Assembly: GCA_964460855.1 (NCBI GenBank)
Contig: CAYWQH010000006.1
Coordinates: 3,232-67,231 of the forward strand
Direction: 5' to 3'
Source of the DNA: an uncultured Candidatus Saccharibacteria bacterium
Lineage (GTDB): Bacteria; Patescibacteriota; Saccharimonadia; Saccharimonadales; UBA10212
DNA length: 64,000 nucleotides
The position numbers and the translations under genes were made by a program. This document shows positions 7,982-17,313 of the stretch, piece after piece. How positions within the stretch are numbered: position 1 is the stretch's first letter; the number at the start of each line of letters is the position of its first letter. Below the pieces are notes generated by a model. That model was given only the letters and a program-made list of their open reading frames with translations, was not told where the DNA came from and ran no database searches.

Positions 7982-8839
7982 ATGGATCCAAATATGCAGC
8001 CAAATTCACCAGGGTACGGGGCTCCGCCGGGAGCGCCGGGTGCCGGCATGCCGCCGGGCAACATCCAGCCCGCAGTAGTGCCAACTGCCGCCGGGCAGTC
8101 CAAATCCAACCCCAACAGCACCCAAAACGCGCTGCATATCAGCGAAATCCGCGACGGCATAGTAATAATGAACGACGGAACCTTCCGGGCCGTAGTAATG
8201 TGCAAGTCGATTAACTACGACCTGATGAGCCCCCAGGAGCGCGAAGCGGTGGAATACAGCTACCAGGGCTTTTTGAACTCGCTGTATTTTCCTATACAAA
8301 TAAGCGTCCAAAGTTCCAAAGTAGATTTACGGCCGTACATCGACAAGCTCGATAAAATCCGGGCCGAGCACGACAACATGCTTTTGGCCCTTTTAATGGA
8401 CGATTACATCGACTTTTTAGCGTCGCTGGCCCAGCAAACCAATATTATGGACAAGCGGTTTTATGTGGTTATCAGCTACCCGGACCCCGGCGAGGATTTG
8501 CGCCACGCCGTAAAACAAGGCACCAGCTTTTTTACGGGTTTAACCGAACTGTTCAGCCCCAGCAAAGAACCGCATTTGGTAATAAATGAGGCCGTGCTGG
8601 AAAACGCCAAAACCGAGCTGCGCAACCGGGTGCAGGCGGTATTGCAGGGCTTGCTGCAGTGCGGCGTGCAAGGTTTGCCGCTGGACACCCAGGAATTAAT
8701 CGAACTTTATTACGACGTTTACAATCCCGACACCGCCACCCGCCAGCAGTTAAAGAACTTTAACGATTTAAATACTCCGATTGTTACCAAAGGTGAGGGC
8801 GAAGCGCCCCAGCCAAACCTGGATAAGGAGATGCAGTAA
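7982..8839 (+). CDS. T4SS-associated protein (285 aa) with a Pro/Gly-rich N-terminus; possibly a split N-terminal VirB4-type domain
   Basis: The segment ISEIRDGIVIMNDGTFRAVVMCKSINYDLMSPQEREAVEYSYQGFLNSL...FYVVISYPDPGEDL resembles the N-terminal region of Firmicutes VirB4 homologs. Stop TAA overlaps the ATG of the VirB4 ATPase ORF (TAATG at 8837-8841). Confidence 0.3.
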   Translation: MDPNMQPNSPGYGAPPGAPGAGMPPGNIQPAVVPTAAGQSKSNPNSTQNALHISEIRDGIVIMNDGTFRAVVMCKSINYDLMSPQEREAVEYSYQGFLNSLYFPIQISVQSSKVDLRPYIDKLDKIRAEHDNMLLALLMDDYIDFLASLAQQTNIMDKRFYVVISYPDPGEDLRHAVKQGTSFFTGLTELFSPSKEPHLVINEAVLENAKTELRNRVQAVLQGLLQCGVQGLPLDTQELIELYYDVYNPDTATRQQLKNFNDLNTPIVTKGEGEAPQPNLDKEMQ

Positions 8840-10752
8840 TGGCTTTCGGTAGGAAAAAGCAGCAAGTCGACCCGATACTGCTGGCCCAGCAGCAGCAGAT
8901 GCGCGAGCAGGCCGAAGTTTCGCAGGCTTTCCAAAAAGGCATTACCGCGCTGCGCGATTTTATCGCCCCCAGCTCGCTGGTATTTAACAGCACGTCCTTC
9001 CAGCTGGGCACGCGTTATGCCCGGACTTACTTCGTATATATGTACCCCCGGCAAATTTATACCGGCTGGCTGAGCGGCATGGTTAACCTCGACGAAATCA
9101 TGGATTTATCGATAATCGTTTATCCGGTTAACAGCCAGGTCGTGTTGGAAAACCTGCGCAAAAAAGTCGGGCAGTTAGAAGCCGGCATCCAGATAGACGC
9201 CGAAAAAGGCCGGGTGCGCGACCCCGGCAAACAGGCGGCCATTTTAGACGCCGAAGAAATGCGCGACAAGCTGCAAGTGGGCGAAGAGCGCTTTTTCCGT
9301 TTTGGCATGTACTTTACGCTGTACGGGCATTCGATGGACGAGTTGGAATTTGTGTGCCATAAGGTTGAGTCGATGCTCGGCCAGCAATTGATATATTCCA
9401 AGCCGGCCACCGCCCAGCAGGAACAGGCTTTCAACAGCACGGCGCCGCAGTTTTTAGACCAGCTGCAAATTTACCGCAACATGAACACCGGGGCAATCAG
9501 CACCAGTTTTCCGTTTACCTCGGCTGATCTCAGCGACGACCACGGCATATTATATGGAATCAACATGCACAACTCCGGGCTGGTTATTTTTGACCGCTTC
9601 AGCTTAGAGAACGGCAACGCGGTAGTATTTGCCAAATCCGGCGCCGGCAAAAGTTTTACGGTTAAGCTCGAAGCCCTGCGCAGCATGATGCTGGGCACCG
9701 AAATATTTATTATCGACCCCGAAAACGAATACCAGCGGATGTGCGATGCCGTCGGCGGCGCTTATGTGCGCCTCAGCCTTAACAGCCCGACCCGCATAAA
9801 CCCGTTTGACCTGCCCAAAGTTATCGACGCCGAAGAAGCCGACAACGCGCTGCGCTCGAACTTAATTACGCTGCACGGGCTGCTGCGGCTGATGATGGGC
9901 GGGGCGGTGGCCCAAATCAGCCAAACTGGCGGCTCCCAAACGGTGCCGGCCCTAACGCCGGCTGAAGAAGCCGACCTCGATGCCGCCTTAATTGAAACTT
10001 ATGCTAAAGCCGGCATCACCAACGACCCGCTGACCCATGCCTCGCAGCCGCCGACTGTTACTGATTTATATGAAACGCTGCTGCACATGGGCGGCACCGG
10101 GCCGCAGCTGGCCCAGCGCCTGCGCAAATACACCAGCGGGACTTTCGCCGGTATTTTCAGCCAGCAAAGCAACATCAATATTAATAACCCGATGGTGGTA
10201 TTTAATATCCGCGACCTCGAAGACGAGCTTCGGCCGGTAGCCATGTATATCGTGCTGAACTTTATTTGGAATAAAACCAAAGCCGACCAAAAGCGCCGGA
10301 TGCTGGTGGTTGACGAAGCCTGGCAGTTAATGAAATACGAAGACAGCGCCAACTTTTTGTTCAGCCTGGCTAAACGGGCCCGCAAATACAACTTGGGCAT
10401 TACCACCATTACCCAGGACGTCGAAGACTTTATGGGCAGCCGCATGGGCCGGGCCATCGTAGCCAATGCCAGCATGCAAATTTTACTTAAGCAATCGACC
10501 AGCGCCGTAGACGTGCTGGCCGACGTATTTAAATTAACCAGCGAAGAGCGCAAACGCTTAAGCCAGTTCCCGGTCGGGCAGGGCCTGTTCTTTGCCGGCC
10601 AAAACCATGTCCATATCCAAATTGCCGCCAGCCCTACCGAAGCCGGCCTGATAACAACTAACCCCCAGCAGGTCCAGCAAATCCAAGCCGGCGAAATTGA
10701 CCAGCCGCAAGGCACAATCGACCTGAGCAACCAGCTGACGCCTGGGGTATAA
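8839..10752 (+). CDS. virB4: VirB4/TrsE-family T4SS ATPase (637 aa)
   Basis: Walker A AKSGAGKSF, Walker B RMLVVDEAWQLM, motif GITTITQDVEDF, plus the typical VirB4 N-terminal region (FVYMYPRQIYTGWL). Confidence 0.9.
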   Translation: MAFGRKKQQVDPILLAQQQQMREQAEVSQAFQKGITALRDFIAPSSLVFNSTSFQLGTRYARTYFVYMYPRQIYTGWLSGMVNLDEIMDLSIIVYPVNSQVVLENLRKKVGQLEAGIQIDAEKGRVRDPGKQAAILDAEEMRDKLQVGEERFFRFGMYFTLYGHSMDELEFVCHKVESMLGQQLIYSKPATAQQEQAFNSTAPQFLDQLQIYRNMNTGAISTSFPFTSADLSDDHGILYGINMHNSGLVIFDRFSLENGNAVVFAKSGAGKSFTVKLEALRSMMLGTEIFIIDPENEYQRMCDAVGGAYVRLSLNSPTRINPFDLPKVIDAEEADNALRSNLITLHGLLRLMMGGAVAQISQTGGSQTVPALTPAEEADLDAALIETYAKAGITNDPLTHASQPPTVTDLYETLLHMGGTGPQLAQRLRKYTSGTFAGIFSQQSNININNPMVVFNIRDLEDELRPVAMYIVLNFIWNKTKADQKRRMLVVDEAWQLMKYEDSANFLFSLAKRARKYNLGITTITQDVEDFMGSRMGRAIVANASMQILLKQSTSAVDVLADVFKLTSEERKRLSQFPVGQGLFFAGQNHVHIQIAASPTEAGLITTNPQQVQQIQAGEIDQPQGTIDLSNQLTPGV

Positions 10753-10777
10753 TTAAGCAAAATGAGAGGGTATAAAA

Positions 10778-13700
10778 GTGGCGGTGCCAGACTCGCAGCC
10801 GAGCATCGATCCGGAAGAGCCTGAAAACCAGGGCCACCCGGAAGAGGATTTTAGCGAAGCGCTAGATAAAAAATACGCTTCGCCGCTGGACCGTGACCCC
10901 GAAACCAGTGATGATGACGATGATAGCGGCGGCGGAGACCAAAGCGAAGGCGGCGATGCCGGTTCCGGCGGAAAAGACGCGGCCGAAAAAGGCGAAGACA
11001 AAAAAGAGGCCGCCGACAACCAGGTAGGCCGTGGCTATACCAAAAGCAAAAAACCAGACGACAAGAAAAAGGGCGGTTTTGGCTCGATGTCGGGAAATCG
11101 CAAGTGGCTGCTGGGCGCCGGCATTGGCGGCAGCATAGTGGCGATAATAATTTCCATTATTTTTGGCTACCTCAGCATTTTTAAACTGGACGGCATAGTG
11201 AGCAATGTCGACCAAAAAGCTTTTATACGCTATAACTCGGCGTCCGACAAGCGCTCCGACAAATGGTTGCGCAGCTACTTTATACTGCGGCTGACCCAGC
11301 TAGAGGGCAACGGCGTCGACCCCGACAGCGAATACTTCAGGGCCCATAAAGTTGATACCAACAACCCGGTCCGCGACTGGTACCACACCATGCGCACCAG
11401 CCGGTTCGAAGCCGATTTGGCTAAGCAGGGGGTAGTAATCGCGACCCGTCCCGGCCAGGACGGCCTGCAATTCCACGTGCTGCAAGTAGACGGCAAGGAC
11501 TTTGCCGGTCTGGACGCCAAAGACGTGCGCAAAGGCAAAATAGAGGAACTGCTGAGATCCGGCGATGCCGGCACCTTAAACCGGGTTGATATTGATTTTA
11601 ATAAACCGGGCGCCAGCAAAGAAGCCCGGGCGGTTATTAAAAAAATCGTTAACGAAAACACCCAAGGCGCTAATGTGCTTAAAAAGCGGCAGCTGCGCAA
11701 AGCCATCGCCAACATGACCGGCGTCCGCGACTGGACCTTTTTCGAAAAAACCAAGGACAAAGCCCGTAACAAAAAAATAGATATCCGCGATAAGATTGTC
11801 AGCAAAGCCATCCCCAAAAATATCAGGGCCGGCAAATTCGTGCGCTGCCTGTTCGGCATCGACTCCAGCTGCCACTACAGCGCCGACCCCAGCGACCCAG
11901 CCAATGGAGCGCCCAATGAAGAACTGACCGGCACGCCGGAACCAGGCCATGACGGCGTTAAAGACCCTAAAACCGGCAATATTATCCCGTTTGGCGATAC
12001 GGCCACTATATTGAAGCAAATTATTAGCAAAGCAAACGTGGTGCTGGCCGCCGCTAATGTTGTTGGGACGCTAGACGTTCTAGCCCACCTGCACGACGCC
12101 GTCCATAACCAGCAGCTCAGCAAAATGGTTTCAGTAGCCCGCGGCACCCAGGCCATGGGCCTGTACCAGGTTTTCGAAACCAGCCGCGACCAGGTAAAAT
12201 CCGGCGAGCTGACCGGTGACGAAATGAACAGCATGCTGCAAGTAGTGGGCTCAGCCGGCAGCAGCGAAGGCTGGAGCAAAGTAATGGACGGCAACGGGGC
12301 GGGCAATACCGCCCAAAGCGACAGCGGCAAAGTATACGCTGCCTCAAATATTGACCCTACGGACGGCTCGAACCGAGATAAATATTGTTCGGCCGAGCAC
12401 CAGGCCTGGATTACCAAGAAAGAAAACCTCGTAGCCGCCAATAAGGAATACCATTATTTATGCCCGTCCAAGCAAATTGGCGGGGCATCGAACGCCAGCG
12501 ACATCGAAAGCGCTTACAATAGCAGTATCGGCCCGGTCGTCGACCCGTTGGTGGGCGCCTATAACGACGCCCGCGGCCTGCCTTTAATAGGCGGGCTTCT
12601 AACTATAGTCAATAGCGTATCCAATTGGCTGACCAGCCAGATATCGGGAGTGATTGGAAACATCCTTAGTACTTTAGGATTGCAAGATAATATAGACGAG
12701 TTAATGAAGTGGGTAATCGGGGAAGTCAGCGGTTTTTTGGGGGCCGGACCGATATTGCAAGAAGATACTACGCACGCCACCCCGGCAGGAGTGTATATGA
12801 ACTGGCTCATCCAGGGCGGGGCCTACTCGGCCGAAGCCGGCTCGCGTTTTATGGGCGCTAACGCTACAACCAGCCAAAGCAAAGCCCAGGCCGAATCCAA
12901 TGTAAATAGCTACAGCGCCAGCCAGTTCGCCAGCCAAAGCACTTTCCAAAAATACTTTGCCATAACTAATACAAACTCTTTGCTAGGTAAAGTCGCGTTT
13001 TCGGCCGTTGAAAATAACCAGTCTAAAGGGGCCTTGTTCGTAAGCGTATTCCATTCCGTGCCGCGCCTGTTTGCCGCTGCCTTCAGCCTGCCGTTCCATA
13101 GCGCCCGGGCGGCCGCCAATAACCCTTATGCCGCTTCTAACTTTGCCGGCATCCAAACCTACGACTGGCCGCAAGAATGCTACGACCTCGACCCGCTGGA
13201 CGACAGCCCGCAAAGCGGCACAAACATTACGCAAGTTCTTCACAATGTGAACCCGAACGAACTAACTTGGGACTTGGTTAATAATTCCGAGAACTTTTAT
13301 AAGTTCGTATACGATAAAATCGGCAACGACCCCAACGCCGACGACACCGCCAAGAAAATATATAACTGCCACTTGCTGGACACCGGCGTGCGCGGCAGCC
13401 TCGGCAATATATACGGCTACACTAATGACAACGGCCTGGAAGACAGCCAGGCGTCGTCCGACCAGACTAACCCGACGGACAGCGGCGGATCCGGCGTGTC
13501 GCCGGACGGGTTTGTATTCCCGCAAGTCACCACCAAAGCTTCCCTTAAAGCACACGGCTGGAACCCGGATTGTGTTAATCCAATCTCTTCAATGGGCCCA
13601 GGCGACCGCAGTGACTTATGCCACCACGACTACCTTGCTGCCGACATTTTTAACGCTACCGGTACGAAAGTCGTAGCCGTGCGGCCGGGCCGCATCGTTA

Positions 13701-14041
13701 GCGCCCACGACTCCGGTTCGATCGGTATGACAGTAAGGTTATATAGCGACAAGGCGCTGGGCGGCGACGGTTTGTGGTATTACTTCGCTCATATGCTCAA
13801 ATCGAGCGAAGGCGGAAAAGGGCCTAACGGCGGGCTGTTTGTAAATGTTGGCGACGTGGTTAAAGCCGGCGACCAGCTTGGCCAGGTCGGCACCGACGCC
13901 GACGCCGAAGGTACGCCATCGCATACCCACTTTGACGTAAGCCCGGTAGAGAATGGCTTCCACCGCGGATTTGACGGGACGGCCGGGCCGCTGCTTGACC
14001 CCCAACCAGCATTAAAAGCGGCATATCAGGCGCTGCCATAA
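10778..14041 (+). CDS. Membrane-anchored T4SS cell-wall hydrolase with a C-terminal M23 peptidase domain (PrgK/TcpG-like, 1087 aa)
   Basis: GTG start with SD GAGAGGG (10764-10770). Acidic disordered N-terminus (DDDDDSGGGDQSEGGD), one TM helix (LLGAGIGGSIVAIIISIIFGYL), and a large ectodomain. C-terminal M23 motifs HHDYLAADI (HxxxD) and HTHFDV (HxH). Confidence 0.8.
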   Translation: MAVPDSQPSIDPEEPENQGHPEEDFSEALDKKYASPLDRDPETSDDDDDSGGGDQSEGGDAGSGGKDAAEKGEDKKEAADNQVGRGYTKSKKPDDKKKGGFGSMSGNRKWLLGAGIGGSIVAIIISIIFGYLSIFKLDGIVSNVDQKAFIRYNSASDKRSDKWLRSYFILRLTQLEGNGVDPDSEYFRAHKVDTNNPVRDWYHTMRTSRFEADLAKQGVVIATRPGQDGLQFHVLQVDGKDFAGLDAKDVRKGKIEELLRSGDAGTLNRVDIDFNKPGASKEARAVIKKIVNENTQGANVLKKRQLRKAIANMTGVRDWTFFEKTKDKARNKKIDIRDKIVSKAIPKNIRAGKFVRCLFGIDSSCHYSADPSDPANGAPNEELTGTPEPGHDGVKDPKTGNIIPFGDTATILKQIISKANVVLAAANVVGTLDVLAHLHDAVHNQQLSKMVSVARGTQAMGLYQVFETSRDQVKSGELTGDEMNSMLQVVGSAGSSEGWSKVMDGNGAGNTAQSDSGKVYAASNIDPTDGSNRDKYCSAEHQAWITKKENLVAANKEYHYLCPSKQIGGASNASDIESAYNSSIGPVVDPLVGAYNDARGLPLIGGLLTIVNSVSNWLTSQISGVIGNILSTLGLQDNIDELMKWVIGEVSGFLGAGPILQEDTTHATPAGVYMNWLIQGGAYSAEAGSRFMGANATTSQSKAQAESNVNSYSASQFASQSTFQKYFAITNTNSLLGKVAFSAVENNQSKGALFVSVFHSVPRLFAAAFSLPFHSARAAANNPYAASNFAGIQTYDWPQECYDLDPLDDSPQSGTNITQVLHNVNPNELTWDLVNNSENFYKFVYDKIGNDPNADDTAKKIYNCHLLDTGVRGSLGNIYGYTNDNGLEDSQASSDQTNPTDSGGSGVSPDGFVFPQVTTKASLKAHGWNPDCVNPISSMGPGDRSDLCHHDYLAADIFNATGTKVVAVRPGRIVSAHDSGSIGMTVRLYSDKALGGDGLWYYFAHMLKSSEGGKGPNGGLFVNVGDVVKAGDQLGQVGTDADAEGTPSHTHFDVSPVENGFHRGFDGTAGPLLDPQPALKAAYQALP

Positions 14042-14042
14042 T

Positions 14043-15932
14043 ATGAAAAACTTATCTTCTTATATTAATAAGCGTTACCTGGTGGCCGGCATGTCGCTAA
14101 TATATTTATTTGCCTTCAGCTCCCCGGTGTTCGCAGCAACCGATCCTTATAAAGCGCTGCAGTGGCCGTTTTACGATCCGGGCTGCGGCAGTACAGCTGA
14201 TACAACTCCGGTTAGCGACGCGCATACTGATTTAAATTACCCTACCACGCTTCAGGACACGGCCATAATAAAAGCCATCATCGATTATATCCGCGGCGCG
14301 TTCCCTAAAAGCACTTTTTTATCTAATCCGGCGGGCGCAGACGTGACAATTACGTCGTTAGTGGCCAGCGCAAAAAAGAATAACGTCAGCCCCTTTATTG
14401 TCGTGGCCATTGCCCAGAAGGAAAGCCAGTTAGGCGACCCGGTCGACTTTAACGTCAGCCACGGCAATAACTCATTCGGCCGCACTGCCGCCCCTGGCCA
14501 GCCGAGCTTCCAGGGCTCGCACACCTGGTATAAATGGGAATCTATAAAAGCCAGCGTGGATTATACCGACCCCTCCAACCGCGGGCAAAAAGCCGGCGAC
14601 GAAGTATCGTTTTTGCGCTCAGTCTACGGCGACACGATTGATTCCGGCGACCTGACGCAAATGATCAGCCGCTACGCCCCGCAATCCGACGGCAACGATA
14701 CGGCCGGCTATATAACCCAAGTTCAGGCAATGTTGGATAAATTAACTAAAGCTTCCGGCGGCGCCGGCACTGATATTTCTTCTACCGGCAACAGTACCGA
14801 TAGTACCGGCAGCTGCGCCTGTCCGGCCAGCTCCAGCACGGCCGCAAACACCGACGTCGCAGCCGGAATCGGCAAAGGCATGACCGCCAATGCCCAAAAG
14901 AAATTCAAAGATATACTAGCCGGTGCCGGTGGCAAATTTAAAGTCGCGCCCGAATTTATAGCGTCCTTTTACTATGCCGAAAATTCCCGCACCGACGACT
15001 CTACCAATAACGCCGACTCGGCCCAGCCGCCGCCGGTTACCGGTAATGGAAAATGGCGCGAGCCGGCGCCACCGTACGGCACTGGCGCGGCCTATGACAG
15101 GAACGGCTTTACGGCTTCCGGCCCGTTCCAGTTTATTGATTCGACCTGGGCCAGCTTTAAAGTTGACGGCAACGGCGACGGCAAAGCCGACGTAAACGAC
15201 TTGGCCGACGCCACCTACGGCGCGGCTAAATATTTGGCGTCTAATGGCGGCGTAGTGGGGGCTTCCGATAAGAAATTACGCGACGCCGCATTCCTATACA
15301 ACCACAGCTCTACTTATGTGGATTCGGTAATGAATACTTATAAATATTTAAAGAATGGCAGTACAACTACAGCTTCGGCATCCGGTACAACTACTGACTG
15401 TAGCAGCGCGTCTTCAACTGATACTACGGGTTATAAAAATCCGCTGCGGGATGTTAAAAACCTGGTGCCGGAGCGCGATGACCAAGGTGTAGACTACGCC
15501 GGCAGCGGGCCAATTTACGCCATCGGGACCGGCATGATTAACTATATAAAATATTTCGCAGATTCGGGTTGGCCGCCAAAACCAGCGGGCACCTTCATCA
15601 ACTACACGCTCAAAGGCGGTAAAGCCGATGGAAAATCCGTATATGTGGCCGAAAACTGCGCGCCGCCCAAGGTAAAGTTAGTAGTAGGCGATACGGTGCA
15701 TAACGACACCATTCTGTGCAACCTAATAGACGCCAGCCCGCATATGGAAATTGGCTGGGCGAAGCCCGGCCAAGGCGAAGCCTATGCCCATAACATTTAT
15801 ACTGAAGGCGATTTAACCGCTTACGGCTTAAACTTTTCGCAGTTCCTGGAAAGTTTAGGCGCGCCCCCCGGCACTACCTTCAACGGGCCGGTAGTCGGAA
15901 CTTTAGAATCGGGTTGGCCACAATGGAAGTAG
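14043..15932 (+). CDS. Secreted lytic transglycosylase-domain cell-wall hydrolase (VirB1-like, 629 aa)
   Basis: Signal peptide. GPFQFIDSTWASF...ADATYGAAKYL matches the SLT-type GxMQF..TW motif seen in T4SS and phage lytic transglycosylases. A second lysozyme-like segment (IAQKESQLG) and a C-terminal domain are also present. Confidence 0.6.
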   Translation: MKNLSSYINKRYLVAGMSLIYLFAFSSPVFAATDPYKALQWPFYDPGCGSTADTTPVSDAHTDLNYPTTLQDTAIIKAIIDYIRGAFPKSTFLSNPAGADVTITSLVASAKKNNVSPFIVVAIAQKESQLGDPVDFNVSHGNNSFGRTAAPGQPSFQGSHTWYKWESIKASVDYTDPSNRGQKAGDEVSFLRSVYGDTIDSGDLTQMISRYAPQSDGNDTAGYITQVQAMLDKLTKASGGAGTDISSTGNSTDSTGSCACPASSSTAANTDVAAGIGKGMTANAQKKFKDILAGAGGKFKVAPEFIASFYYAENSRTDDSTNNADSAQPPPVTGNGKWREPAPPYGTGAAYDRNGFTASGPFQFIDSTWASFKVDGNGDGKADVNDLADATYGAAKYLASNGGVVGASDKKLRDAAFLYNHSSTYVDSVMNTYKYLKNGSTTTASASGTTTDCSSASSTDTTGYKNPLRDVKNLVPERDDQGVDYAGSGPIYAIGTGMINYIKYFADSGWPPKPAGTFINYTLKGGKADGKSVYVAENCAPPKVKLVVGDTVHNDTILCNLIDASPHMEIGWAKPGQGEAYAHNIYTEGDLTAYGLNFSQFLESLGAPPGTTFNGPVVGTLESGWPQWK

Positions 15933-15939
15933 GTAAACA

Positions 15940-17313
15940 ATGAACGAACCAAACCCTTTAAGAAAAATTATAAGATGGGGCATTATAGCTGTCGCAGCAC
16001 TGCTGGTTTTATATCTACTTGTTTATTTCTTAACTAGCGGTACGGTTACGGTAAATACATCAGACGCCTCAAACTCCATTAACGTAAGCGTACTGGGGGC
16101 CGAAGAAAAGCTGGCAAAACCAGTAAAAGCACAGCATAAAACTTTCCGCCTCAAAGCCGGTGATTACTCAGTGGTTGTAAGCAACGGCTCCAACAAATCG
16201 GCCCAAGCTATAAAAGTATCTGCCCTCAAAAAGCAAGAAATTACTTTAAATCCAGCCGCTGCGCTTGCCGTCGAGCCAGTAATCTCCCGCGACGCCGGCA
16301 GTATAAACCCCCGGCAATCTTCATTAAAATTCCTGGACCTTGGCCTGAGTACTGTCATAAATATCGGCAATAATAATAGCTTTACGGCCCCTTATAAGGG
16401 CGTCGAATTAAGCCAAGTTGCCTGGGCAGGCGATACGGGCGCGGCCCGCGACCCGAAAGGCCAATTAATAACGATCAATAATAACAGCGCCAGGCCAACC
16501 GGGATATTTGGCGTTGATGATGTCGGCGCTTCAACCAATGGAAACGCCTATTACACGAAAGGTAAAGATTTATTCCTGTTTAAGCCTACCGGGGACGGCA
16601 CCAAAATATACAGTTCCGACGAACAGGATTTCAGCTTCTATAATGGCCTGAATAAAGTTGTTATAACTGAAGGCGGCGGCAACAAAGGTAAATCTTCTAG
16701 CAACACCGTAAAACTTATCGACCAAACTGGCGCTGTCTCAAAACATTCAGTTGCCCAGGGTTACTTTAGCTGGGCAGGCGAAGATAAAGCGGTGTTCGCC
16801 GGCGGAGCTAATTATTCTCAATTATTAAGCGGCAGCTTGGACCCCCAAGCTAAAATATACGGCCAAAGCCGGGTAGCCGCCTGGCTGGGAGATGACGTTT
16901 ATTACGGGGTAGCTGATGAGCTTTGGAAATATTCAACAACCACTAGCCAAAGCAGCCTTATCGCCAATATGCCTTTCTCTGATAAAATCCTCGAAATCGC
17001 CCCGGAACCAGGCGGAAAATCAATCTATCTAATTACTCAGGCGGGCAGCGGGGATACCGAAATAAAGCGGGTTAATTTAACTGGTAAGGCAGTTAGTGAT
17101 AACTTATCTAAGCTGCAGTCTGTGTTGCCGTTAGAGCTGCCATTCTGCAACGTAAGCCTTTTGAATTACGCGGCTCCGGCTATACTCATGTCGCCGACTT
17201 CGGATATGCCAATTAGTTATTGCCAGAACCAGGCTTTAACGGAGTTCCAGGACCGGGGTATTAACGCAGCCGGTTTGCAATTTACGCCGGAGGAATCTAT
17301 CCCAAGGGAATAA
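15940..17313 (+). CDS. N-terminally membrane-anchored extracytoplasmic protein, last gene of the T4SS operon (possible VirB8/TcpC-like scaffold, 457 aa)
   Basis: TM anchor IIRWGIIAVAALLVLYLLVYFL followed by a beta-rich ectodomain. Assignment rests on position only. Confidence 0.35.
   Translation: MNEPNPLRKIIRWGIIAVAALLVLYLLVYFLTSGTVTVNTSDASNSINVSVLGAEEKLAKPVKAQHKTFRLKAGDYSVVVSNGSNKSAQAIKVSALKKQEITLNPAAALAVEPVISRDAGSINPRQSSLKFLDLGLSTVINIGNNNSFTAPYKGVELSQVAWAGDTGAARDPKGQLITINNNSARPTGIFGVDDVGASTNGNAYYTKGKDLFLFKPTGDGTKIYSSDEQDFSFYNGLNKVVITEGGGNKGKSSSNTVKLIDQTGAVSKHSVAQGYFSWAGEDKAVFAGGANYSQLLSGSLDPQAKIYGQSRVAAWLGDDVYYGVADELWKYSTTTSQSSLIANMPFSDKILEIAPEPGGKSIYLITQAGSGDTEIKRVNLTGKAVSDNLSKLQSVLPLELPFCNVSLLNYAAPAILMSPTSDMPISYCQNQALTEFQDRGINAAGLQFTPEESIPRE

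Noticed and set aside
8830-8845. Programmed frameshift joining the 285-aa ORF to VirB4
   Set aside because: The junction is a stop/start TAATG overlap with a genuine in-frame stop and an ATG. There is no slippery heptamer, so coupling or a split gene is more likely than frameshifting.
715-17313. Calling the T4SS locus an integrative conjugative element or other mobile element
   Set aside because: No integrase, relaxase, coupling ATPase, transposase or flanking direct repeats are visible in the window. Mobility cannot be supported from this sequence.
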